Shown here: positions 34,901 through 45,835 of the stretch, in pieces | How the letters are laid out: the number at the start of each line of letters is the position of its first letter | Numbering within the stretch: position 1 is the first letter of the stretch | DNA from: Caecitellus pseudoparvulus | Taxonomy: Eukaryota > Protista > Bigyra: Bicosoecida | Assembly (NCBI GenBank): GCA_965644315.1 | Contig: CBFFRQ010000032.1 | Location: forward strand, 682,001-746,000 | Direction of reading: 5' to 3' | Length of the DNA stretch: 64,000 nt | Notes under the pieces: generated by a model | What the model saw: the letters and a program-made list of their open reading frames with translations, nothing else | The model's database searches: none | Told to the model about the DNA's origin: nothing | Translations under genes and position numbers: made by a program

Positions 34901-37398
34901 CAAGTCGTCGCCTGCAGGCGGCTCCTGAACTGCAGCAGCACCTTCTGGAAGGGCTTGTGCAGGAGTGTGAAGGAGAGCCTGTTCTCCTCCCACCCACGAC
35001 AGTGCCAAGGGACGGTGAACCCATCCGCGAGACGCCGACCATATCCTGCACCACGCCGTCGCTGCGCGTTGGCCACAAAATCTTGCTTGTGACCACGAAC
35101 AACGTCACAGCACAGTGGCCTTCGGCCTTCCTACGCGTCGAGTGTGGGGAGGGGCAATACGGCCAAGACGGAGAGGTGTGTGAAGACTGCCCTCAAGGCA
35201 CGGTGTGTGATGGCGGCCTTGCTGAGCCTCGCTCAGATGCAGGGTGGTGGAAGGTGAACATGTCTTCCGCGGCAGATTCTGGCGCATGTCCTGCCAGCCG
35301 TGCACACCGAAGTGCCTGCCCCCTTGCCTTGCCTTGTGAGCCAAGGGACGCGTGCCTGGGAGACAACGTGTGCGCAGGCGCCTACACTGGTGAGCGGTGT
35401 GCCTCGTGCGCGCCTCAGTTCTACCGCTTGGACGGCCAGTGCATTGAGTGCCCTGACAACGCCTGGTTGCTCATCTTGGCCTTCGTGCTGGCAGCGCTCG
35501 TCATGGCAGGCATCGCGTACATCCTTTCCAAGAAGGCAGTGAACCTCATCGTCATCGGCATCGGCGTGGACTACTTCCAGGCACTGGCCATCTTCGTTCG
35601 CACAGGCGTACAGTGGCCTGCCCAGGTCGTTGCCCTGTACCGCATCCTCTCCGCGTTTTCGTTCAACCTTGACTTGACGGCTCCTGAGTGCACTCTGGAG
35701 CAGTTCAGCTACGACCGCAAGTTCATGGGCATCATGCTGCTGCCAGTTGGCGCCGCGGCCATCTTTGGGCTCATGCACATTGGCAAGTACTTGTACAAGC
35801 GCTGCATCTTGGGCCGCCGCAAGGGCTTGCATGCCCACCTCCCCATGCTCATTTCCGTCATGGCCATGGCCATGTACTACCTGTACCTGTACCTCACCCG
35901 CACCACCCTGGACATTTTCAACTGCAACCCCACTCAGCCTCCTGACGGCAAAGAGTACCTTGAGGTCGTTTTTGTTCCGTGCTGGGAGGAAGGCGGCATG
36001 CAGATGGCCATGCTGCCTTGGGCTTCCCTTGGCCTCATTTTCTACGTCATCGGGTACCCCGCCGTGGTTACCTTCATCTTGCGCAAGAACAAGGACATGG
36101 TCGTCGAGGACCAGCTGCTCCGCGCGCGCGCCACGGGCGAAGACCGCGCGACCAACCCTCGCTGCTATGAGTTCCGCAAGAAGTACGCTCGCCTGTACTT
36201 CCGCTTCAAGCCAGAGTTTGCGTCGTACTGGATCGTCCTGCTCATCGCCCGCAAGGGCCTGCTGGCCTTCACCGCGCTCATGTTCCGGCGCAACTCCACA
36301 TTCCAGCTGTCCTTCATGCTGCTGGTGTTCTTCGTCGCCCTGCTGTTCCAGATGGTGAACAGCCCCTTCATGTCCCCGAAGGACGTGCAGAATGTCATCA
36401 AGCAGCACGCAGCAACGTCGGATGGTGTGGACCAAAGCGCCCAGGCCAGCCTGGAGGTTGCCTCGCGTGCAGCGCGCACGAAAGCACACCGCATGACCCT
36501 GAACAGCAAGAGCGCCAGGGCGTACGCTGCCAACCGGTCCATGGGCACTGCTATTGCGCTGGTGGGGTCAGCGCTGCTCAGCAGCTCATCCGGCATCATG
36601 GAGCTCATCACCGACTACAACTTCCTGGAGTCGGTGTTCTTGGTGTGCCCCATCCTCATTGCTCTGGCAGGCATCATGTTTGAGAGCGACCGCTTTGCAG
36701 ATGGCGCCAATGCCACAGAGCGCACGGCCATCACCGTCATCGTGCTCTTCATCATCATCACATCCATCCTGTATCTGGCCTGCGTGTTTGTCGTGGACAT
36801 GCGTTATCAGCTGGCTGTGCAGCGCGCCCGTGACCAGCTCATGGCAGGAACCAAGAAGGGCAAGAAGGGCAAGAAGGGCAAGAAGGGTGGCTCTTCAAGT
36901 GGTGAGGGCAAGGGCCTGGATGCCGCCGGCATGCGCAAGCTGCTGGACGATGCCCGCAAGCTGGACGGTGACACGGACCAGACCGTCACCACCGCCAACA
37001 ACCCCATGATGCTGCAGAAGAAGGCCGACCGCAGCAAGGAGCTCGCAGGCCCCGTGGACAACATGACCTTCCTTGCCAAGGTCAAAGAGTGGGAAGCGGA
37101 GATGGAGGCAGGCGCGACGTACGGCGATGTCGTGGACCTGCTGTCCGCCCAACAACGCGGGCTGCACGAGCTGCTCAAATGGCTGGCCGCTGAACGTGAG
37201 GCCCGGCGCAAGCTGGCCTCCGAGAGCCGTGCCGAAGTCCAAGGTACCTCCCGCAAGGTGGCCTCCAAGCGCATGCGCAAGGGCAAGCGGCAGATTGGAC
37301 AGGCCAACGTTCGGCGGTCCATTGCTGCCAACATGAACCCTTTCGCTGGCACGCGCGCAGGTAAGATCGCCGCGTTCAAGAAACGTGGAAAGCCGTGA
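22902..37398 (+). CDS. Giant (about 4700 aa) cell-surface receptor: signal peptide, EGF-like, C-type lectin, Cys-rich GCC2/GCC3-like repeats, about 10 cadherin repeats, IPT/TIG repeats, Cys-rich stalk and 9-TM domain ('nonagonal cadherin' type); four 5' introns (about 23030-23099, 23137-23225, 23320-23391, 23480-23556)
   Basis: The signal MIRAMSSLTVILLALAALVARA splices in frame into the 4590-aa ORF. Motifs: CSGHGTC (EGF), CWIGL...WASGQPD...C (CTLD), CPAGxY repeats, ten DxNxAP-type linkers with LDFE/LNHE, many G.NFG IPT units, and nine hydrophobic helices at 35460-36800. Confidence 0.88.
31179..31723 (+). repeat. Near-identical long inverted repeat, copy 1 (partner 63456-64000)
   Basis: Base-by-base comparison with the reverse complement of 63456-64000 gives 545 bp, 3 mismatches and no indels. 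Confidence 0.97.
36853..36888 (+). repeat. (AAGAAGGGC)x4 coding microrepeat giving KKGKKGKKGKKG
   Basis: Seen directly; the last unit ends in T. Confidence 0.9.
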
Positions 37399-37729
37399 AC
37401 TTGAAGCTCTTGTGACTTGGGCTGTGCTGGAGAACCGCCGGGGCTTCGTGGGCCAACCCCCGTCCCTCGCCACCGTTGGCGTCTTGAGTGTGATTTGCGT
37501 GTCTTGCTGTCACCTGCTGATGTGGTCCTTGCGCAGTGTGCGCGGAGGGTCCCCTCGGCACATTTTTTGTCGCGTTCAACAAAAAATACACTTCTCTGTC
37601 CTGGTATCCCCGGCGTTGGCGTGCCGCAGTCCCGTGATCTCTGCCCACGAGCTCTCCGCTGCCGCGCGCAAGCCACGCCTGGCCGGGCTTCGCTCGGGGC
37701 GTGTTAGCGAGCAGCATACGCCTGCCACC

Positions 37730-39141
37730 ATGGCGCGCAGCTCTAGTTACATACTGCTGCTTGCCGCATCGTGTGTCTTTGTTGTTCGATCTGCTGTCGT
37801 TGGCATCCCTGCAAGCCTGCAGACCCAGTATTCAGGCCCAGTGCGTGCCACGTGCGGAGCAAATTCCGCGATGCTTGTCGAATGACTGCGTGGCTTGCGC
37901 ACGGGCCTGCAGGAATTTACGTGTCTGGGCGGGGGACAAGCCATGCCGCTGTCCAAAGTCAATGACGACTTCTGTGACTGCCCAGATGGAAGCGACGAGC
38001 CTGGGACAGGTAGGTGCCTCTGCCGCGAGAGCCTGGCCCACATCCGGCAGGCGAAACCAACCTTCCACACGCCCGTGCAGCTGCTTGTGCGAATGGCAAG
38101 TTCTACTGCGTCAACAAGGGTTTTCGTGGGGTTTACTTGCCTTCCTCCCGTGTTGGGGATGGCGTTTGTGATTGCTGTGACGGCTCAGACGAGCCTGGCA
38201 CTTGCGCCGACACGTGTGACGAAGCTGGAGCTGAGTGGAGGAAAGCCGAGGCTGAACGCATCCAGCGCGCAGAGGCGGGGGCCAAAGCTAAGGTAGCCTT
38301 CCTGGAAGCTGGGAAGGCCCACCTTGAGGGAAAGGAGGCCGCTCTGGCAGCAGCCAAGTCCGCCGCAGACGCTGCACGGTCCGCGTTGGAGGCGGCCGAA
38401 GCAGAGCTCGCAGACGCCGAGGAGAAGGAAAAGGCTGCCCTGGCTGACATTCAAAGCAAGGGAAATGACGTCATTGTCAGGTCCTTGCAGCTGCACACTG
38501 CCAGCCGGGTGCAGCTGCTGGACATGCTGCTGCAGCTGGCCCGCAATGCGCCCGACGGGAAGCGCTTGCTGAAGGACCTCGCTTTCGACCGAGCTCACAA
38601 GGCAGGCTTGACGTCGGCCCAGCTGGCTAGCTTGGAGTGGCCACAAGAGGGGGAAGGCGGTGCTCCCAAGGAGACGCCAGAGGGCAAGGCGGCCAGGGAC
38701 GCAGTGGACTTGGCCCGTGGCGTCTTGAACGAGCGAGAGTCTGAATTGCGGTCTGCAGAAGCCGCTGCTGAGAAAGACTTTGGGCCAGGCGCGGCGTTCT
38801 ACAAGCTTGACGGCCAGTGCTTCGACGTCAAGGTACAGAAGTACACCTACAGCGTGTGCCCGTACGGCTCCGCGAAGCAAGACCAGACCAGCTTGGGGTC
38901 TTGGTCTGGCTTTCAGGATGAGTACACCAAGATGCTCTTCACAGGTGGAGCCACGTGCTGGAATGGCCCCCAGCGCACTATGACTGTGACCCTGGAGTGT
39001 GGCGCCACCAACGCACTGCACAGCGTGGATGAGCCAAGCAAGTGCCAGTACTCCGCTGTACTGCAGACCCCTGCAGTGTGTGATGACTTGTTTGCCCACC
39101 CAGTTGATGCTAACTTGGGCCAGGAGCACGAAGACTTGTGA
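37730..39141 (+). CDS. PRKCSH: Glucosidase II beta subunit; introns about 37841-37912 and 38009-38080
   Basis: Signal peptide, VNDDFCDCPDGSDEPGT/AACANGKFYCVNKG...VGDGVCDCCDGSDE, MRH domain (KYTYSVCPY...GGATCWNGPQR...EPSKCQY...TPAVC) and C-terminal HEDL. Confidence 0.93.
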
Positions 39142-39338
39142 GGTCCCGAGGGGGGCTTGGACCTTGAGCCAACATGAGAATCCAAACAAACCAATGCAGG
39201 GCCATGCATCCACACGCGTCTGTATGCCCCTTCAGTCTTGAACAGCACTGTAGCATCAACGTCCATGCTATGGGTCGAGCGAGCGCTGGGAGAATCTGAC
39301 AAGTTTGACGAGAAACGCCCACTGTGCCACCTCGAGCC

Positions 39339-41063
39339 ATGGCGGGCGCTCCCTACCAGCGCATGCCTCACCTGCACCTGCTACGCCCCGCACAAGGAAA
39401 AAGACAGTATGAGCTTCAACGGCCAATGCTGAGCACGTCCAAGCTTCGGCATGTGGCAACCCAGACCTCGCCTCAACACCTTGGAGAGGAAGTCATTGAG
39501 CTGCACGTCACTCACCACGGCTCTGGCAGTGCAGGCCAGGGGCCGCGCAGTCTAAGAGTGCGCCACCACGTGCTATCTGCTGGGGCACTGAGCCCCTGCA
39601 CACGCTCTGTGCTTCACGAACTGCTGCTTCCAGCGAGCGGCAGCGTGCGGCAGCTGCCTCAACGCAGCATGGCAAGCGACGTGACTGCCACGCCGACATG
39701 GGCCTCTGCCACCCCAAGCATTGTCTCCCTTGAGGAGTCCAAGTGCCAGACCCTGGAAAGGCCTGATGAGCACGCCGCACCTGCTGCCCCGCCGCCAACC
39801 GAAGAAGGAGGCGGTACGAAAGCTTCGCATGCTCACCCACGCAGTGCACAGCACACACAGCCATCCAGCCCGGAAGCCCAGGCAACTCAGTCCCAACAAT
39901 GCGTAGTAGGGAGGCGCCTTGACGTCGTTGAAAAGAAGCCAACAACGCCTCCCATTCGACTGAACTTGAGGCTGCGGAGACCGCCCTCGCCCTCCGCTGT
40001 TGAGCCTCCACCAGACCCTGCACCCACACGTGCTCCCGCCAGCCCTGGTGCTCCTGATACCCCCCTTGATGTCGAAGCCGCCAGCCGGTATCGGGCGTAC
40101 CTGCAGGGACTGCAGCTGCCGGAGCAGGCCCAAAGCGGACCGACTCAGGTGCTCCCTCTGGCAGGCATTGAACAGGCACATACTGCCCCACCCCTTGCGC
40201 CTTCCTGTCAAAGCGGCAAGGATGGGAGCAAGCAAGCTGTTCAGCAGCTGCAGGTCCGCCTGGCCTCGAGCATTGCGGCTATCAGAGAGCAAGGCGCGCG
40301 ACTCCCGGCCAGGGTGGGCAGACCCCTGAAGCATGCACTGGCCTCCGCCCGCCAGCTGCTACAAGCGCTTGAAGCGCAAGAAGGGGCCACCCCCGAAGAA
40401 CTTGACCGTGCTAGTGCCGCTGTGGATGGTGTTGACATCGCATTTGCCGCAGCAAGGGAGTACATCGCGTTCAAGCTGCAGCAGCCCAAGCCACATAGCC
40501 AAGCTGACGGGAGCATCGCAACAAGCGCCAAGACGTCCCTCAGCGCAGAGCTCGGACTACCTTGCCCCATGCAGTCTCTGCCTGGCCCAGGGAGCAACGC
40601 TCCTTTGATCCGCACATCCAGCATGCCAGTTGTGGAGGAAGCTTCCTCCGAGACACCACACTCAGTGCACAGGCATGACGCGTGGGACGCAATGACATCG
40701 CCTCCTCTCCGGGTGCCACAGCGACACCGCACGCAACTGAGCCGTGGAGGGAGTCTGCGGGAACGCCGGACGGGCAAGGGCTTGGCTCTGCGCATCGGCA
40801 AGGCATCCCCACAACACAGCGGCCGGCCCGCTTCTCACGACGCCAAGCAGAGGGCACAGAGCAGTCACCCCAAGAAATCCGCACAGCCTGGCACACGAAC
40901 AGGGTACCTGTACCCAGAAGAGGCCAAAGCGATGAAGAAGGCCAGAGGCAGGGCTCACATCATGCAAGCCACCAAGCTGCAGCATGTGTCTCAGAGCGTG
41001 CTATTCACACCCAAGGGGAATGTGAAGGTGAGTAAGGCCAGCACCAGCGGGTGGCTACAGTGA
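39339..41063 (+). CDS. Hypothetical low-complexity, Pro/Ala/Ser-rich protein with a central helical segment
   Basis: Long ORF filling the gap between PRKCSH and RPL38, with its stop abutting the RPL38 stop. No recognised motif; the start is uncertain. Confidence 0.5.
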   Translation: MAGAPYQRMPHLHLLRPAQGKRQYELQRPMLSTSKLRHVATQTSPQHLGEEVIELHVTHHGSGSAGQGPRSLRVRHHVLSAGALSPCTRSVLHELLLPASGSVRQLPQRSMASDVTATPTWASATPSIVSLEESKCQTLERPDEHAAPAAPPPTEEGGGTKASHAHPRSAQHTQPSSPEAQATQSQQCVVGRRLDVVEKKPTTPPIRLNLRLRRPPSPSAVEPPPDPAPTRAPASPGAPDTPLDVEAASRYRAYLQGLQLPEQAQSGPTQVLPLAGIEQAHTAPPLAPSCQSGKDGSKQAVQQLQVRLASSIAAIREQGARLPARVGRPLKHALASARQLLQALEAQEGATPEELDRASAAVDGVDIAFAAAREYIAFKLQQPKPHSQADGSIATSAKTSLSAELGLPCPMQSLPGPGSNAPLIRTSSMPVVEEASSETPHSVHRHDAWDAMTSPPLRVPQRHRTQLSRGGSLRERRTGKGLALRIGKASPQHSGRPASHDAKQRAQSSHPKKSAQPGTRTGYLYPEEAKAMKKARGRAHIMQATKLQHVSQSVLFTPKGNVKVSKASTSGWLQ

Positions 41064-41075
41064 GGGTCCCGTCTG

Positions 41076-41085
41076 CAATGCATTG
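41076..41085. terminator. Candidate bidirectional 3'-end signal, palindrome CAATGCATTG, between convergent stop codons
   Basis: Lies in a 28-bp spacer and reads AATGCA on both strands. The same hexamer follows many other stop codons. Function is inferred. Confidence 0.45.
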
Positions 41086-41091
41086 ACACAC

Positions 41092-41855
41092 TTAAGAGGA
41101 CTTCTCGTCGATGTCGTTGCGCTGCAGGCCTGCAAGAGGAGGGCAAGTCGGCTCTCACAGTGCACAGGCGTTCCAATCCGCGGACGACAAAGACACACAA
41201 CGTACCAGGGGGCAGAGACAGCTTCAGCTTCTTGGCCTTGGTCAGGTCCGGCACGCACAGCGTGTACAGGTAGCGGGAGCAGCGAACCTTGAACTTGGTC
41301 ACGTTCTCACGCTTGGCGAACTTGCCGTTGACCTTCTTGGTGCGGGTGGAGGTCTTGATCTTCACGGCGCGCGCATCAGAGCGGCGGGTGACCTTCAGGA
41401 ACTCCTGAATGGTCTTGATCTCCTTGGGCTGCATAGGGAGAGGGGGCAGCGACAACAGTGCAGGGGTGAAGGGGGTCAAATTCCGCACCAACACCAGCGG
41501 ACGCAGGCGCTGCCGGGAGGCGAGGCACAGCCCCCACCACACACTGCATCTCCTGCAGCAGCACCAATATGTGGTGTTGCAGCGCATCGGACCGTCCACA
41601 TCGACATGGGCTGAGCGGGAGCTGACCAGGACGGGCGCCACACGGAGAAAACTGCAGACACGCTGCTCAGGCAGGGAGCTGCGCGCCAGTGGACAATGCC
41701 GCGCCCTGCCTAGCTGAAGGCACCACGCTGCAAGTCCTCAGCGGTACTGCCGCACCACACCCGGAATACAAGCGCCGCACCGCCATGCACCACGCATAAG
41801 AGAGCGAAGCTGGGGTGCGGAAAAAGGGGGCAACACGTCCACAAGTGCTCACCAT
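41092..41855 (-). CDS. RPL38: 60S ribosomal protein eL38; exon 1 coding part is the ATG only; introns 41429-41852 and 41130-41205
   Basis: [26 protein letters not shown]...[30 protein letters not shown]. Donor ATG|GTGAGC, acceptor TATGCAG|CCC. Confidence 0.93.
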
Positions 41856-42130
41856 TTCTGACGCAAGGAGCTGTGTTCAACCTGACCACAACCTGCTGTA
41901 CATGCACAGTGTCATGCATGGGACGTGGGAAGCGGGTAGAAGTCTCTGGGAGTCATGGGAAGTACTGGGTGCGAGCAACAAGGTTGAGCCAGGCAACCGT
42001 AAAATATGCGTTCCGCGAATGATGTAAACACACATCTTCACTTCCGCCCCTCTCACACTTTCCCCAGCGACACACCCGAGGCCTCCACAGCCACCGTGTA
42101 AGGCAGTCGGACTGGACAGCACTCTTTGCC

Positions 42131-43609
42131 ATGCTGCCGCTGACCAGCGCCGCAAGCCCGACTGCCAGCCGGGGCGACGCCTACAACAACGGAAAGCGGG
42201 GCTTCAGCATGGACTCGGCGAAGATGGGCCGTGCAGCCCTGGCGGCTGTGGGTGTCATTGGTTTGATGGTGTTCTCGTTCACGGTTTTCAGGACGTCGGG
42301 CTCACCCCTCAGCACTTCGGCGGTGCGTGCCACCTGGGCCAATGCCTGTGTTTGCTCCGCCCCCATTGACAAGTGGCGATTCCCCTGCACAGCTTGCCAG
42401 CATCCCAAACAGCATGCGTGTGGCCGTAATTGCAGACTTGGACAAGCAGTCACGCATGGCTGATGCGAAGGGCATGTGGGGGTCCATCTTCAAGACTGTG
42501 AGTATGCGGTGTCCCTGAAACTCCGCCGAAACGCGCGGGCATTTCTGTAGCGCCGACGTCTCCGGCACAGGGAACCTTGATGTATGATGCCCCCAATCAG
42601 TTCTTTTCCATCGAGTGGGATGAAGACAAATGGCTCCACTCTCGTGTGCGTGCCGTGTCCGTGCCTGCGAACTCGACGGCGCCAGACAGTCTCTCCGCTC
42701 TTCATGCAGCATGCTGAGGGGGTGAGGGGCTTGGAGCTTAGCGAACTGGTCTCGTTCGGCGGCCGCCTGTTGACTTGTGACGACCGCAGCGGCATCATCT
42801 TCGAGGTTCTGGATGCGCGCGGCGACTCCCCAAGGGTCGTGCCCCGGCACATCATGATGGAAGGGGACGGCAACACGGACAAGGGCTTCAAGTGCGAGTG
42901 GATGGCGGTGAAGGGAGACAAGCTGTATGTGGGCAGCTTCGGGAAGGAGTATACCACTCCTGATGGCGGCGTGAAGAACCGAAACAACATGTGGGTCATG
43001 GTGTTCAACGCTAAGTTTGACATGGTTCGCGAGGACTGGGTGCAGCAGTTCACCAACCTCCGCGAGCACTTTGGCTACGCATTCCCCGCCTACCTGCTGC
43101 ACGAGACGGTGATGTGGAGTGAGGTGAGTCCCCGAGTGTCTAAGACTGCCTGCAAGCCTCCAGCGTAACACTCCCAAAACCCCTCTGCCGATCCTGCAGA
43201 CGCGCTCCAAGTGGGTCTTCCTTCCTCGTCGCATGAGCAAGGAAGCGTACAACGATGTGCTGGATGAGTCAAAGGGTGCCAACACTGTCATGCTGGCCAA
43301 TGAGGCCTTCACTGACTTCGAGTCCTTCACCGTGGGCACCCTCACGCCTACCAGGGGCTTCAGCACCGCCAAGTTTGTGCCAGGCTCTCGTGAGGGAGTG
43401 GTGGTGGCAATCAAGTCTGAGGAGAACGCAGAACTGAACACCCAAGCAAGCTGTGCGTGCATTGTGCCCTGGCACCAACGCGAGGCGCCGCACGCCCTCC
43501 ACATGCTCCCTACACAGACATCACCGTCTTTAACATGAAGGGCGAGGAGCTCATGAGGGAAACGCAGATTCCAGGGCGGCACAAGTACGAAGGTGTGGAG
43601 TTTCTGTGA
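42131..43609 (+). CDS. CANT1: Calcium-activated nucleotidase/apyrase (type II membrane), multi-exon
   Basis: N-terminal TM, VAVIADLD, RGLELSEL...TCDDRSGIIFE, EGDG...GFKCEW.AVK...YVGSFGKE, WVFLPRRMS, RGFS.AKFVPG and KYEGVEFL*. Confidence 0.9.
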
Positions 43610-43621
43610 GGCCCCACCTGC

Positions 43622-45630
43622 CTAGCGCTGGTTAGGAGCCAGGCGGTGCAGAATGGCAGATCGCAAGAGTTTGCGCTCCCGGGCCGCGCCGGCCAGCAAG
43701 TCGCCGTTCTCTTGTGCACGCCGGATGAGGTAGGGGATGGTCTTGCCTACGGGTCCGTAAGGGACGTACTTGTACACGGCGAAGCCCTTGGCGCCGAGGG
43801 TGAAGCTCACGTGGTCGCACATGCCCAGGAGTTGCCCAAAGAATACAGCATTGTCCTTTCGGCTGATGCCCAGCTCACCCATCATGTCCACAGCTCGCTG
43901 GATGGAGGCCTCGTTGTGCGACGCCACCATCACGCGGGCGCCACTGCCATCAGCGATGGATTCCATCACTCGACGCAGGCACCAGTCGTAAGCGTCGTGC
44001 GTAGCCTGGATGTTGGGCTGGATGGGGTTTGGGTACCCCCCGTCTTCCGCGCGCTTTGCCTCCTGCACACGGTACGCGCCTCGAACCAGCTTCGCGCCGA
44101 ACTTGTATCCATGCTTGCGTGCCTTGTCCAAGGCCAAGGACATGCGGTCGGGGCAGTCTTTCAGGTATGCCTGGTAGGTATTGAACACCACCGGTCGCTC
44201 GATGTTGTACTGGCGCTGCAAGTACCATACGATATGGTCGATGGCAGGCTGCATGTACGCTGTGGGGCACGTGGGAGTGTGCGAGTCCGGGCAACCATGC
44301 ATGGCAGTTCGGGCGCCCGCACTCACTCTGCTCTGCGTCAAACATGATGGTCACACCAGCCTCGTCTGCTGCCTGTGCGAGGCGCTCAGCACGCTTGAGC
44401 ATGGCATCCAGGCTACGCTGCAGCTCTGGGGTCAGCTTCGTGGGGCGTCCGGGCGGCAAAATGCTGGACGGCACATTCTCTGCTTGCATGCCACCAAGGA
44501 TGCGGGGGTTGCAGTAGTCCAGCCATTCCTGCGATGCGGGGCAGAGCGGCCAAGTGCGTGCGAGCAGCACTTGTGCAGCGTGGCTGTGATTAACGCACGA
44601 CGAAGTCTATGGTGCCAGTGCCGTCAGCATCAATGTCATGGAAAAGGGCCTCTGCCTCAGCTTCATCCATGCTCATGCCACTGAGCTGCACGCCCTTGAC
44701 AAAGGCTTCTTTGTCCAGTGTGGCCGAGTGCAGAGGCAGGGACACGACGAAGGACTCCAGGTCCACACCCTCCGCCGCCTTGGCCCCTCCCGCCACCCTC
44801 AAAAACGCTGCGCGGATGTCCATGAGCACTTGGCTCAAGTGCTGCAGGGCTTGTGGCACCCCCAATGACGTCACTTTCACTGCAGCGAACCCTGCCTTGC
44901 CTTCCAGGGACGCCGCAGCCCGGATGGAGCTGAGAGTGATGTCCAGGTTCTCGTCACACGCCTCCTCGCCCACATAGGCGTACGTTCGAGACTGCAGCTT
45001 GTCCTCTGACACGCCCAAGTCACGCATGGACTCTTCAGGGACGTCTTCTTCAGCGGCGTAATCCAGAATGCTGCCGACTCCGCTGGCACGCAGCTCGGCG
45101 ATGCGAGGCGCAATGCCTTTCTGGTCTTCCCCCGCACAAAAGTGCGCAAAGAAGGTTTTCTGTGAGAGCCAAAGAAGCGGGCAGCGTCCGAAAAGCGGCG
45201 CATGTGCCGTTCGCCCCGCCAGGAGTGCCTCACCTCAACCAATGGAAGCACAATGGCGTCACCGAGCACGCTGCGCATCTGCTTCAACAACGAGTGGCCA
45301 TACCGAGCAACCCCCGGAAAGGATGAAAACTGCAATACAGCCAACGCCAGCGTGAGCTGGCCCAACGTTTTGTCCTGCGCAGAGCAGGCAGCACGGCATG
45401 GAAGGTGCAGGTTCGCAAGTGCAGTGCACTTGGGGCAAAACAGACTGGCGAGCTGGCTCGCTTACCTTGTACGCTGCCTTGAAGTCTCCGAAGTCCAGGG
45501 GCACTTCAGCCTTGCTTTCAGGCTTTGCCACAGTTGACATGCATCGTGGGGCAGCATTGAAGCACCGCACGGTGTGCACAGCTTTGGCAGCCGAAGCTGC
45601 CACGCCCCTCGTCCAACCCGCCACTGCCAT
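43622..45630 (-). CDS. PRODH: Mitochondrial proline dehydrogenase, multi-exon, with an EF-hand-like insert
   Basis: Transit-peptide-like N-terminus, HFCAGE, AAVKVTSL, MFDAEQ, VFNTYQAYLKD, GAKLVRGAY, MVASHN, FGQLLGMCDH and YKYVPYGPV...PYLIRRAQEN. Confidence 0.92.
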
Positions 45631-45835
45631 TCGACCAAGCTGGCGCGCGTTATGATAGAAAGGACCAGTACAAGTACCTGTCCTGGGGATCCAATTCACG
45701 CTGAAAACGTCTTTGGTTAATTGTATTCTGCTCTGAATCTCCTGCTGCACGGCCTGAGGGGAGCAGCACATACACGCACCTTGTGGCCTGTTGATCCCCC
45801 CCTGGCAGACCGTCCCCCTGCCGATAGGGCCATGC

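Noticed and set aside
44595-44680. EF-hand-like motif (DIDADGTGTIDF) in PRODH as a novelty
   Set aside because: EF-hand-like inserts are already known in eukaryotic proline dehydrogenases.
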